Shown here: in pieces, positions 45,992 through 58,063 of the stretch | Position numbering within the stretch: position 1 is the stretch's first letter | Layout: the number at the start of each line of letters is the position of its first letter | Source of the DNA: Zygnema circumcarinatum SAG 698-1b | Lineage: Eukaryota; Plantae; Zygnematophyceae | Reading direction: 5' to 3' | DNA: 64,000 nucleotides | NCBI GenBank assembly: GCA_037447605.1 | Contig: CM074810.1 | Span: forward strand, 3,816,880-3,880,879 | Translations under genes and position numbers: made by a program | The notes under the pieces: model-generated | Seen by the model: the letters and a program-made list of their open reading frames with translations, nothing else | What the model was told of the DNA's origin: nothing | Databases searched by the model: none

Positions 45992-47159
45992 CGCCTCCTC
46001 CTTCCTCTTGCTCTCCCACCAGCCCCTCACGCATAATCTTCTCCCTCCCGCGCCCTCATGCCTGTCCGTCTCCCCCCTCCCTCTCCCTCTCTCTCTCTCT
46101 CTTGCTCACTCTGCCCTTCGCAGGCGCTCTTCCCCTCTCCCACTCCCTTTCTCTTTCCCTTTCCCTCTCAGCCTATCCCTGTCGTGCTTCTCCTTCGCCC
46201 TTTTCCTCAGACTCGCACCCTGCCCTTTTTTAAACCGCTGTCCTTTCCCCACAGCCCCCCTCTGTTGCTCTCGCTGCACCAGCCTCTCCCTCCCTTTCTC
46301 ACTCTCTCTCTCTCTAGCATTATCCCCTCTCTCTCACACCTCTCTCCCTCTCGACCCTCTCCCTCTCTTGCTCTCTCTCGTCCCTCTCTCGCGCGCCTGA
46401 CGCCCTCTCCCTCTCTCGCCTTTGCCGGGCCCGTCCCTCCCTCCCTCCCTCCCCGTCACGAGTCACGCTTGCTGGCCCGCTCCGTGCAGCGTTCCCTACA
46501 ACGGTGTATCAACTGCGGCTCCATGCGCGCATTGACCGTTGACGGCCCCCGCCACGCCCGTACGGCAGACAAGCTCGGACATCATCGTGCCACGTGGCTG
46601 CCGCGTCGGTGGCCAGATGCGATGGTGTCCTGCGTGGAACCAATGAAAGGTAGACACGTGACTCCCAGGCCAGTCCCTACGGGCGAAGCGGACAGCGGTG
46701 AGGAAATCTACCGTACGGATAGCGAGTAGCGTCCGTATGTGAAATACTAGAACGAGTACTGTCACAAGCGACAGATACCACCGAAATCATACGAATTCTA
46801 AAGTGACTTCAGTCGACGCGAGAGGAATCTTTCGTACCGACGTTCTCAGGATTGCCCCCGGCCTCAGACCTGAAAAAGTCGTCAGTGGTACTCAGGAAAA
46901 CTTCTGTAAATCTGACAGAGAGAGGGAACTTCCGTAAGTTGAATACCTGAAACGAGTACTCTGATGACGCTCCGATCCATCCACAGAGGAGTACGGTATC
47001 CTGTATGTGAACTCTTCAGTACTACTGAAGAAAAACCTCCGACGACTTTGTACCACGCCGCTGGAAGGCTCAGGACCAAGAATCAGACGTTGTACGGGTT
47101 GAGTACGGACACCCTTTCTCAGAAATGTCGCTTGTGATTCCCGGAGGCGCGTCTCCGCA

Positions 47160-47248
47160 ACACGTGTCCTCCGCTGCTTTGTCCCTGGTTACACGCGACA
47201 TCCTGTGATTGGTTGTATAAATACCTCCAATCCGAATTTGCCACGTGG
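47160..47248 (+). promoter_or_regulatory. Orphan Pol II-like core promoter: ACACGTGT (47160), GATTGG (47207), TATAAATA (47216), CCAATC (47227), GCCACGTGG (47240)
   Basis: Motifs read directly. The promoter points away from VPS13 and has no recognisable protein gene downstream. Confidence 0.5.
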
Positions 47249-47510
47249 AAAACTATGTATTAGCTTGTCGGGAAGTCTCGAGTCCTATGTGATGGCGTCA
47301 TTGATAGGTGTTTGGTGTCCGCAATATACAAGAATGTGACGTCATACTGAGCCCGTTATTTCGTTGTTGACGCTCAACAGCGCTGTGTGGTGCGTCACGG
47401 ATTCATGTTACCGTCAGGCACGACACTGCTGCTACTGTGTATCGTATCGGGATCCGGCAGTATCGGCACTGCAATGCGTAACTCGACCTCCTTTACAAGA
47501 AAAAGGATGC

Positions 47511-47874
47511 GGCATTGGTCTCACACCCATGTACATTTGATGGCATCGACATCATCATGGGGAACCACGAGGCACTGGGCGCAATGGACCTAGGCACAAA
47601 AGAAAAATGCTAGGGGCGGATTGCTACGCCTTGGCTCAACACCGCTTACCCGCGAAGGTCACCTCATGTGCGGCTCATCACATCGCGCGGAGGGAGGGAG
47701 GGAGGGAGGGAGGGAGGGAGGGAGGGAGGGAGGGAGCGGCGGAAGGCCACCGACACGGTCACCTCCTTTCGTTTTGGGTACCATGTGAGGTGGGTTCCTT
47801 GCGGTTCCCATGCTGTTGTTGTTTTTCCATCCATGTACATTCGGTGGCATCGCCATCGAGGTATGACCAATGCC
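47511..47874 (+). ncRNA. Candidate long imperfect hairpin (pri-miRNA-like)
   Basis: GGCATTGGTC (47511) pairs perfectly with GACCAATGCC (47865). ATGTACAT pairs with its copy, and CATGGGGAACCACGAGG pairs with CCTTGCGGTTCCCATG. Folding was not computed. Confidence 0.3.
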
Positions 47875-48619
47875 ATTCCCAACCCCCCCCCCCCCCCTTC
47901 CCCCTTCCTCCATTGAAAGTGTTCGAAGTCATCGGAGCAGTGCAGTGCAGGGCAGTGCCTGCGCGCGACCTTCAGCCCTGGCCCCGAAGGCATCGGCCTC
48001 GTGCTGGTTAGACAGAGGCGGGATAAGAACGACCGACCGACTGATGGCCGGCGTCTTCTCAAGACCTGAACAAAGCTGCTTTTGCGCCGCTCCAATAATC
48101 AATCAATCAATGTTTGATACAGAAAGGAAGGGAAACCTCGACTGAGTTTTTCCGACTCTGTATGCGCCCTCCCTATGGAACGCGGTCGCGTTCAAGACCA
48201 GTCGTCGCTGCTGCCCGCCCTATTTCAGTCTAACGTGCCCTTTATAATGTTCTAAATGCAGAACTAGTATGCCCTCAATCCCTTCCTATTCCCTTCCTTG
48301 TGCTCAAAAAACTCATTGCTGAGTCGTTTTTCCTATATCTATCTCTATACCTCTCTCTCCAGCTTTCTAAAACTGCACATGTTGAAAAGAAAAAATGAAA
48401 AATCTTGCGCTTGCAAATTCAAACCAATGCACGCATCAAATCATCCAATGCCCGTCCCATGCCAATCCCTGTACCGCCATGGCTGCCTAACGTGTTCCAT
48501 GCGTGCAAAAAATTGACCAGATTCATTCATTCTACGCCTACGCTACACCCCGCCAATGCACGTGGTTTCTGGGGCTTTCAGTATGGAGGGGGGAAGGGAG
48601 GGATTGAGACCGCCGGCGC

Positions 48620-51600
48620 CTAGCTCCTAGCAGCGGCGGCGGGCGTGACGTTACTGGCGCGCAGCTGCGTGGCGGCGGCGCGCGCGGCGGCGAGGACGCG
48701 GCAGCGGTTGCCGAAGGCGAGGCGCGCGGGGCCGAAGTCGTCGATCTGGAGGGCCGCGCCCGCCTGCCCCAGGGGGTGCCACGTCGGCCACGGCTCGCCG
48801 CTCGCCCACCGCGGCACGCCGTCGGCCGCCATGGTCGACCACGCCGTTAGGGCCACGAACGAGAGCTTCTCCTCCGCCTGAGGGAGGGAGGGAGGGAGGG
48901 AGGGAGACGTTTGGTTTAGGGAAAGGCATAGGGAGGCATTATGAACGGTTTCTGGCTTTTGGGTTCTTCGAGCATTGGACGTGAATAGTTTTGGGGGTTG
49001 TTGGGGGTTTTGGGTTGTTGGGGGTTCTTACCTTGGTGAGGTTGCAGAGGCCGGCGGTGGTCTCGATGTTCCTGGTGATGCCGAAGGTGAAGTAGAGGTC
49101 GACGGAGTGGGAGGCTCCGAGGTAGATGTCCTCCCGCGGGCAGGAGGGCGTGGCGGCCCAGTGGTAGAGGTAGGTGGAGGTTTTGTTCGCGAAGGGGCTC
49201 TTGCTGCGCGCCACCAACCGCTCGTAGATGGGGCACGTGAAGAACATGTCCGTCCACACTGTCGACAGCATCGTCAGGTCGTCGTACGGACCTGCATCCA
49301 AGAGTTCAATTCATCCATTTTCAGCAAAAATGTCGTTTTTTTTTGTCTAAGGGATTGGTTTCTGGCAAACACTGCATTTCAAAGAACCAAACGTTGGGTA
49401 GGATTTGAACCCTACAGCAGGGCCTATTTAGCTGATGAACGGTTTTAGTTTAAATATGCCTGCCCCAGGCCATCACAAACTGCAAACCTGCAAGAAATAC
49501 GAGTGCGGTTTTCCCTCCTTGCTTTTCATGGAAATAAGGATACTCTTCGGGTGTAATTTATTATACCCATCAAATTAATTTGTCAAATAGTGCCTTCCTG
49601 GCGGAAATCCTTGCAACGGCTCTTCTGTATTAAGTCAATTTCAAGCTTAGTTCACATTTTGCGAAGATCACCCGCAAGCGAATTGGATGCTAAATCATTG
49701 AGCCGAGAAAGAGGAGTAGGCGAGTGCCTACCTGTGAAGTTGAGCCCCTCGTACGTGTCTACGAGCGGCGCAACATCGACCGCGGGGTAAAACTCCTGCA
49801 TGAGCGCCATGCTGGTCGCTCTCGTCACTTTGATGCCGTTGTCAAGGTACATCTGCTTCACCATTCGGGAGCCCTCCAATGCCGTGAGGCCCACCATGTA
49901 TGGCACTGAACGCATTTCACACACAGCAAACACAAGTCAGAGTGAGTTTTTTTACAATACAGTGGTGTCAAAAAAGCAACTCCTTCCTCCCCCTCTCTCT
50001 CTCCCGCTTCCATTCGATTCCTCCCTCCTCCCATCCTCTCCTTCCCGCCCCTCACCTTACTCTTGGCTCGTTTTCGTGAAATTTCATTGTCTACTATGCC
50101 CTAATGAAGCTCTCTCACCATTATGGTAATTCCCCGCCATGAGCGCATCCTTAATCTGGTAGGGGAACGTGTTCCCATCCTGCACGTAGTGGAAGAAGGG
50201 CTCCCAATCCGGCTTATCGCACATAGTGATCTCCCTCTGCCTCTCCTTCTCAATCAAAACTGCAACGGAAACTAATGTTGCCCATGGAGCCCCTCGCAGA
50301 CAGGCGAGTTCTTGATCGGAAGTCGCTAGGGGGCATCCGATCCGCAGCATGAAGTCTCGCGTAACTGCATACGCCTGCCCCACTCCCAAATGCGCACAAA
50401 TTTAAGCGTACTCGCGTGGCTAGAGTATGCAGATCATGAACAAGAGCAATTCGTATATTCTGTTTTTTAAGGAGGTGTGAAGGAGGAAGCAATGGCCGCA
50501 CCTGATCTAAGCTTGTGAGCTGCACGCAGGGTGGGCTTTGGCTTATCGCGGCAGAAAAAAGACCAGCCGAGCCGGGTGCAACCATGTGGAAGTCTACAGC
50601 TTGTGCTCCTGAATGTAAATATTAATATGTCAGAGTTTGTCTCCCCCCTTCTGCTCTCGTCTCCCATTTTCCTTTTGAAAACTTCAAACAACTGTTTTTC
50701 TTTTCCTCTCTCTCGCTCTCTCTCTCTCTCTCCTCTCTCCGTGTCTGCTTCCTCCCTCTTTCCTCGCGTGCATCCTAACTTCCCACTCGCTCCCTTTCTC
50801 TTCCGCCAGTCCCGCCCTCCCCCTCTCCTTTAAAAAACCTGAAATCGTCCCGTTCACACTCTACGATTAGTAGCTCCCATCTTTGAGAGCCTCCTACTCC
50901 CTGGAAACAAATGAGCTGTTCTGCTTTCTCTCCTGTTACGAGTTCTTTGAGAGCCTTTCAACCTCACACCTGCGGAGTTTCCGTTAAGGAGAATGCGCTC
51001 GGGGTCTCCACCAAAGTATTGAATGTGCTCCTTCACCCACCTCATCGCTAGTTGCTGGTCCAAAATGGCTGCACCCCACAAAAATAATTCACACCAACAT
51101 AAGGAGGTATTCACATCAGGAAGACGAGGCATCTCATCATATATTATCCTCGTCCTTCGTTTGGTTTTTTTCACTAGAGTTCAGATTTTAGCCACAATTA
51201 AAGTTTTTCTCTCCTGAATCTCTCTTTCAAGAGACCACGCGGCGGCTCACCCCAATTTCCAGTTGTATTCGACTCCTGCCATGTGCCCGGATGCGCCAAG
51301 AGACCCATCGCTCCTTTTCGGTACTGCCAAATCAAAATATAATGAAATAAAACAAACCGCTGAGTTTCGGAATTTCGAAAAAAAAAGCATTCTCATGGAT
51401 GGCGACAACGAGTAAGATAGTAGTTTTTTAGCCGAGCATGTGAAATTCAAGTTCGTACCTGGATGTTCACTTGAATGGTGGCTGTTTTATAAACTGCTGA
51501 ACAACCATCCGTGATGGGGTCTGATGCGGAGCATGATGCCACCATGCCGCCATGGATGTACACTCGGACAGGGAGGAGAGTCGGCGACGTCACAACATGG

Positions 51601-53226
51601 TGAGGAACCCAAATGTTGAGGAACAGACAGTCCTGTGAGAGGGGAAGGAGAAACGACTTCGTTTGAGGTTATTGATCGGATGGGCTGCTGCGTTGTGGAG
51701 CGAGATACTGGCAAATCTTCTTTGTTACATCGCTTGCTTACCCGGAGAGGGAGGGGGGGGAGGAACGAGAAGAGAGTGAGGGAGAGAGAGAGTGGGGAGG
51801 GAGGGCGAAGGAGAGAGAGAAAGGGAGAGAGAGCGCGAGGGAGAGAGAGGAAGGGAGAAAGCGCGCGAGGGAGAGAGAGGAAGGGAGAGAGAGCGCGAAG
51901 GGGCGAGAGGAAGGGAGAGAGAGCGCGAGGGAAAGAATGGAAGCGAGAGAGAGCGTGAGGAAGAGAGAGGAAGGGAGAGAGAGCGCGAGGAGGAGAGAGG
52001 ACGGGAGAGAGAGCACGAGGGAGCGAGACGAAGGGAGAGAGAGGAAGGGAGAGAGCGTGAGGAAGAGAGAGGAAGGGAGAGAGAGCGCGAGGGAGAGAAT
52101 GGAAGCGAGAGAGAGCGTGAGGGAGCGAGAGGAAGGGAGAAAGAGCGCGAGGGAGAGAGCGGAGAGGAAGGGAGAAAGCGCGCGAGGGAGAGAGAGGAAG
52201 GGAGAGAGAGCGCGAGGGAGCGAGAGGAAGGGAGAGAGAGAGAGAGCGTGAGGGAGAGAGAGGAAGGGGAGAGAGAGAGCGTGAGGGAGAGAGAGGAAGG
52301 AAGAGAGAGAGCGTGAGGGAGCGAGAGGAAGGGAGAGAGAGGAAGGGAGAGAGAGCGCGAGGGAGAGAATGGAAGCGAGAGAGAGCGTGAGGAAGAGAGA
52401 GGAAGGGAGAGAGAGCGCGAGGAGGAGAGAGGACGGGAGAGAGAGCACGAGGGAGCGAGACGAAGGGAGAGAGAGCGTGAGGGAGAGAGAGGAAGGGAGA
52501 GAGCGTGAGGAAGAGAGAGGAAGGGAGAGAGCGTGAGGAGGAGAGAGGACGGGAGAGAGAGCACGAGGGAGCGAGACGAAGGGAGAGAGAGCGTGAGGGA
52601 GGGAGAGGAAGGGAGAGAGCGCGAGGGAGAGAGAGGAAGGGAGAGAGAGCGCGAGGGGGAGAGAGGACGGGAGAGAGAGCACGAGGGAGCGAGACGAAGG
52701 GAGAGAGAGAGCGTGAGGGAGAGAGAGGAAGGAAGAGAGAGCGTGAGGGAGCGAGAGGAAGGGAGAGAGAGGAAGGGAGAGAGAGAGCGCGCACCTCAGA
52801 TGCGGTGGAGCTGTCCTCCGTCCACGCGAGGCAGATGTCCCCGCAGGGCGGCGGCGGCGCAATGGCGAGCAGGCCCTCCTCGGGGTACTTCTGTCCGTAC
52901 ACGCGCGGCGGGCGGAACCGGTGGCGGCCGAGGGCGGCCTCCGCGTACGGCACGCCGAGGTACCGCGTGACGTAAGCAGTGCTCTCGCACGGCGCGCCGA
53001 GGAGGAGGCCCAGCGGGAGGGTGACGTTGCGGGGGGGGAGGGAGAGGGAGGGGCCCGGGTCCAGGGACATGAAGTTCATGGGGCGGGATATGGCGGCGGC
53101 GGAAGGGGCGGGGGGGAGGAGGGGGAGGAGGAGGAGGAGGAGGACGAGGTGAGGGAGGGGGAGGGAGGGGGAAAGGGGGAGGGGGAAAGAATGTGGTCTT
53201 CGAGAATGGGGCGACATGGTGGGCAT
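48620..53226 (-). CDS. Secreted type-B carboxylesterase (COesterase/cholinesterase-like alpha/beta hydrolase)
   Basis: Signal peptide, YLGVPYA...RFRPP, SE/DCLFLNIWVP (split by intron 51633-52794), VYIHGG, YRKGAMGLL and LDQQLAMRWVKEHIQYFGGDP. Nucleophile GNSAG, acid GLTALEG and His GASHSVD. Stop at 48620. Confidence 0.92.
51780..52790. repeat. About 1 kb of GA-rich higher-order tandem repeat filling carboxylesterase intron 1
   Basis: Sub-units GAATGGAAGCGAGAGAGAGCGTGA (x3) and GAGGACGGGAGAGAGAGCACGAGGGAGCGAGACGAAGGG (x4) are visible. A block of about 110 bp recurs about 430 bp later. Confidence 0.85.
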
Positions 53227-53909
53227 TTGGGAAGAGCGAAAGAGGAATGCGGAAGTAGGAAGTGTCAGCTCTCTCTTATGTCTTTTTATGCCTCTCTTTC
53301 TGTCGACTGTCAGCTACTTATCTCCTTTTGCTTCTCCCTCTATTCTGCGTGCCTCGCCGTCCTTCTTTCGGCACGTCCCGATTCCTCCGCGTCTTTCTGC
53401 TCTCTCCCTTACTTTTCTGCCCTCTCTTTCTCACTACCAGTCCTGGAGGGATCCTCTCGTTGCCTATCCCTCTGCCACCCTTCCTGCTCCCTTTCTTACT
53501 TTCCTGTCCCCCTCCCTTTCTCTCCCTGTTCTCTCTCTCTGCCGTACTCTCCTTGATTTTTCTCGCGCTCCTCCCTCCCTCTCCCCTCTCTCTCTCTCCC
53601 TCCCCCTCACTCCCTTCCTCCCGCCTCTCCCCTCAATTATGGGCGCAGGACAACGAGGGCGGCTGTAGTCAGCCGCCCGGCCCGCGGGGAGCTCCCGAGT
53701 GCCACGTGGCAGACGCGGCCTCCTGATTGGACCGGCTATCACTACGCGCCAAAAGTAAAGCGCGCTCTTATTGGGCCACTCGCCGCACGTGACGGTGCTT
53801 AGCGACCCCAATCAAAATATGCCACGTTGACAATTGTATACGTGGCTAATCCTTATGGAAGCTTTCAACCTTTTCCGTACGGCGAGGTACTGTACTGTAC
53901 TGTACAGTA

Positions 53910-54403
53910 CAGTCAACAGTCCTCATATTTTCCACCCTGTACAGTGCGTCCCCAAGAAATTCGCCCCGATTTTGCCGAAACCACCTTTTTGTACGGTAAC
54001 TCTGTGTTAGCCGTAGTACCCGTACTATCCGTACCCCTAAAAACCTAGAAACCCTAAAAACCGTACTGGCCGTACTAGCCGTACTTGCCGTACTTGCTGT
54101 ACTAGCCGTTACGGGCTTCAGCAAAACTCACCGAATCTTCCCGCAAGTGCCGCCGTAAGAGGCGCTCGCTCGTCTTTCATCCTTCTTGGTTCCGATACGA
54201 TACGATACTGAACTACACGGTACGATACGGTACGATACGGTACGATATGGTACAGTACGATACGTACGGTCCAACATGAACTCTAACATGAACTCTAACA
54301 ATACCGCCCGTCTATTGGTAACACGAACCATCTATTTGCAAAAATCAATATTTTCGCCTCATATTTGCCAAAACCATGGCGAAAATATGAGGACTGTTGA
54401 CTG
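53910..54403. mobile_element. Non-autonomous Tc1/mariner-type (pogo-like) MITE with 23-bp TIRs and a TA target-site duplication
   Basis: TA-CAGTCAACAGTCCTCATATTTTC (53908-53932) is the exact reverse complement of GAAAATATGAGGACTGTTGACTG-TA (54381-54405). There is no transposase ORF. CAGT ends and TA TSDs are typical of the superfamily. Confidence 0.8.
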
Positions 54404-55352
54404 TATCAGTTTGCACCGTACGGCTGGTACATTTTTGTCCTTTTTTGGTACTGTCATCTTGACTCTCGGAGGAGGCCACGCGGCGACACCATGGTGGTCC
54501 TGGTCCAGCTGCCAGTCACAGCTGGACACGTGGCATCATCCTTCTGTTCCGTACATGCTCCGAGCGCCTTGGCCTGAGCGGGATCGTTTGTCGTGTAGCT
54601 ATCTCGCCCGTGCGGCAAAGCCTCACCGTCGGCCGTCTGTCGAAGCTGCCGCCGGCCGGTGACGCCCGGTGACGGCCGGTGCCAGTCGGTGCCGCCCGGC
54701 GCGTTGGTCGGCTGCGTTGTGGGCTCGGGTGCCAAGTTGATGTTTGGGCGAACTTGCCGCCCCGACGGCCCTAGAGACCTCGCGCAATACGAGGCGCAGG
54801 ATGGTGCCACCACACACGGGGGTGGTGGCGCAACCGAGCACCCACGCAATGCGCAAGTCAGTGATGATGCGAGGCCTTGACACACGTGGCTGGAAAAAAC
54901 AAACACATCCATGCAATCTTTGTAGCCACGTGTTGCATGTGCTAACGTTAGCCTTGTAAAAAAGAGAGAATGAATTTTGTAAACTCGGAATGCCCACAAA
55001 ACTCCCTCCTTCCTTCCTCATTCCTTTCCTTCGAGCTGTCTTTAGGGCGTTTCACAATGTACAACACTAGCTTCTACGAAGAATACATAGACCATCCATT
55101 CAGGCCCTTGTCTGCGCACTACAGCAATTGGTGGGTGAACGGGGGAATGGAAGGGTGGCAGAAAAAAAAGGGAAGGAGGGAGGAACGAGAGAATGAATGG
55201 GAGGACGAGATGTGGAGCGAGAGCAAGAATGGGAGGAAAGAGAATGAGATTAAGAGATACAAATGAACAAGATAAAGTATAAAGAACGGAGAGAGAAAAA
55301 GTACAAGGAGAGAATAGCATGGAGGATGTATGTATGGGGGCAGGGAGGCAGT

Positions 55353-58063
55353 TCAAGACTTGCTCCCCCCGGATGTCTGCGCCAGCGCCTGTTCCAGAGC
55401 CTTCAGTTCATCCGGAATAAGAAGCTCGTCCTTGGCATGCTCGCTCTCGGGTGCAGAGCTCTCTCTCTTCTCTACCTCCTCCCCCGCACTCGCACTCTTC
55501 TCCTGCAAATTCTTCTCCCCCTCGTTTCCTCCTTGCTGGGGTGTGATGCTCAACCCATCGAAAAGGAAACTCTCTAAAGAAGACCCTCCCCCTCCCCCTC
55601 CCCCTGCTCCACCCGCTTCAGCTCCCCCGGCGTCCTCCTGCCTCGGCCCCGAACTTTGCGCATCCTGGGCACTCTGCAGAACTTTCTCTTCTGAGTTTTG
55701 GGTCTGAACATTAGAAGGGGATATTTCTGCAGGTGCAGGAGAGGCTGTAGTTGCTCTAAGGAGCAGTGTGTACTTGAGGACGAGCTCCTTGTAATCAGTA
55801 AGAAGCAGCTCTACATCGCCCACTCGAAGATCCGCCGCTTTTGCAAATGCAAAGCGATAATCCCTGCTAAGTTCAGCTTCTATGTCTGTGAGATTTCTGC
55901 CTCCTCCTGCAAGGGGAGGCTGAGAGGGAGGAGGGGGAGGAGGAGGAGGAGGAGGTAGAGGTGCTGCGGACACCTCTCTTTTCCCCTGATCTGTAGGAAC
56001 CATGGCTGCAGGAGGGGCAATATCTAAAGCAAGAACTTTTTTAGCAGCTTCCATATTCGCTTCAAATTCTGATGCTGACATGGAAAGGGATTTTGCATCA
56101 ATGTTTTCAAGGAATGTTGCTGCGGACACGAGGTTGGTGAAGAAGTAGGCAGACTCGGAGACTAGACGGCTTTCATGGCGGTAGTGTTGAATGTATGCTA
56201 TGGTCGCTTGAAGCTGGGGGGGGTTGGCCTGCACCAGGCCGTGACATCACCTCTTCTGTGTAAGAAAGAAGAACAAGAAACTGATCTGAAAAGCTTCTAA
56301 GGTTTCTGAGATTCCACATACGAGACTTTTCGCCATGCAAGAATGTGGATACATGATGAGGGGATAAAACCTGCCTTGAGAAGCACGTATATGAGGACGG
56401 GCAGGAAGTCATCTGCTCCCGGAGGGGTCGCTTCGCCCGTGGAGCCGAGAGAGGCGTTGAGCAGCAAATTGTTGATGACGCGGCAGCAGTTGAGGATGCA
56501 CACCAACTTATCCCTGGGAGCCTTAAAAGACCCTATTTTCTGCAGCTCCTTCTGGGCGAGCTGGTCTCGGAAACATGCATAAGTCGTCGACTTAGTACGT
56601 ACTCTGTCTATTGGAACAAGATAGCATTGCAGCTTTTTCAAACGTAGATGGAGTATAATATCCTGTGAGTTGCAGCAAAACTATTGAGACGCAACTCTCT
56701 CTCCCCTGCCCCCCAGTATCCCTGTGGCCCCACTATCACTCTCTCTCTCTCTCATTCCTCTTCTCTATCACCCTCAGAAGCCACCCTTCCCAACCCCTCT
56801 TGAGAACCTATCCGAAGAAGGCTTACAAGCAAGGACGCTTCATTGCGAAAATGTGAGGGGATGTCGAGATGCTCCGGTTGCACAAACTGCTGCAGAGCAG
56901 CTATTTTCTCGCTCAGGCGGCGGTCTCGCTCGATGTCCTCTGGCAAGGGAGAAAATGCTCGACTGTAGAGCTTTGTCATCACATATTTCTCGAGTCCCTG
57001 CAAATGCAGTCCAGGTGTAAGCAGCTTCCGGCAGGCTACCTCAATGCTAACAAACACGTAACCCTAGCGACTGTCAAACGTTTCTCCTGGTACCTCTAAA
57101 GTAGGTAAACGAAGTTTACTCTTGCAAGAGGAAAAGTTAAATGCAGTGGGCAACAATACAATCAAGAATCTTTCAATATAGTTCGCTAAGATCGTGGAAC
57201 ACAAGAAGATCGGGAAGACAAAAAAGGTAATTCTAAAGCAAATAACTGTAGCTAAGGAATCAGAAACAGAACAAAGAAAAATAGAATTTCTTGCCTCTCC
57301 TGCACTTTCCAACTCCTCTGCAGAAGCTCCGGCCCAGAGAGAGTGGCTGCGGAATGCCTGCTCTGTCTCTGCTAAAAACGTTTGAACCGCTCGGCTGTCT
57401 TCTTCTGCTTGAGGGGGACGAGCCATGAACTGCACCATAAAACTGCAAAACCAAAGACATGTTCGGGGTAATGCACACGGAGCTTATTTCGCTTAGGGCT
57501 TTTGAAATTGTTCAGTGGTCAGCCACAGAGTGTTAGGAAAATTTAGGGTAGATGAACTTCGGGTTTGTATTTGTCGTTAAGTTTGCCCTTCGAGGTACTT
57601 AGGGTTGCAGAGTTTCTCGGAAGTAGCAGGAAGACTGAAAAACTTTCAAAAGATGTACACATTGGGGATAAATGGGTTCCATATGAAAGGAAGTTGTGGT
57701 GAAGCAAACATTATTCAGAAGTAGGAGAAGCTTTTATTACAGAATGCAGACTGAGGTTAGTAGAATTGCGTCAGAACTTTATGTTTTCATGCTCTTTTTA
57801 AAACATGTGAATATTGGAGCGGTTGTGTGATGCGAAAATGTTACATTCATCACCTATCTCTGAGACTGAACTAATGAATCTATACACGGAATAGCTTTTC
57901 ACCATCCACATTTGGGACCTTGGATTGCATCTGAAACGAATCACCTTTTGATGGAACGCACGAGGTCCGCTGCGGCAGGATGTTTCATGCGCTCCAAAAA
58001 GTCGTGGAAGGTGAGGGGGGCGGTGGCTGCGCTGAACATGTCGGGAGTCTCTGGGACCACCAT
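55353..58063 (-). CDS. VPS9: VPS9-domain Rab5 guanine nucleotide exchange factor
   Basis: Exon 1 (57945-58063) encodes MVVPETPDMFSAATAPLTFHDFLERMKHPAAADLVRSIKS. Later motifs are GLEKYVMTKLYSRAF, LQKIGSFKAPRDKLVCILNCCRVINNLL, PPGADDFLPVLIYVLLKA and ANPPQL...ESAYFFTNLVSA. Confidence 0.95.

Noticed and set aside
46842-46860. Similarity to miR398 (GTTCTCAGG...GCCCC)
   Set aside because: Only a 9-nt exact match with an indel. The local hairpin (about 12 bp) does not contain the whole 21-mer, and miR398 is known from seed plants. Likely chance.
49398-49415. tRNA T-arm/B-box-like sequence GTAGGGTTCAAATCCTAC on the minus strand
   Set aside because: No cloverleaf, acceptor stem or convincing A-box. 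At most a SINE/tRNA relic in an intron.
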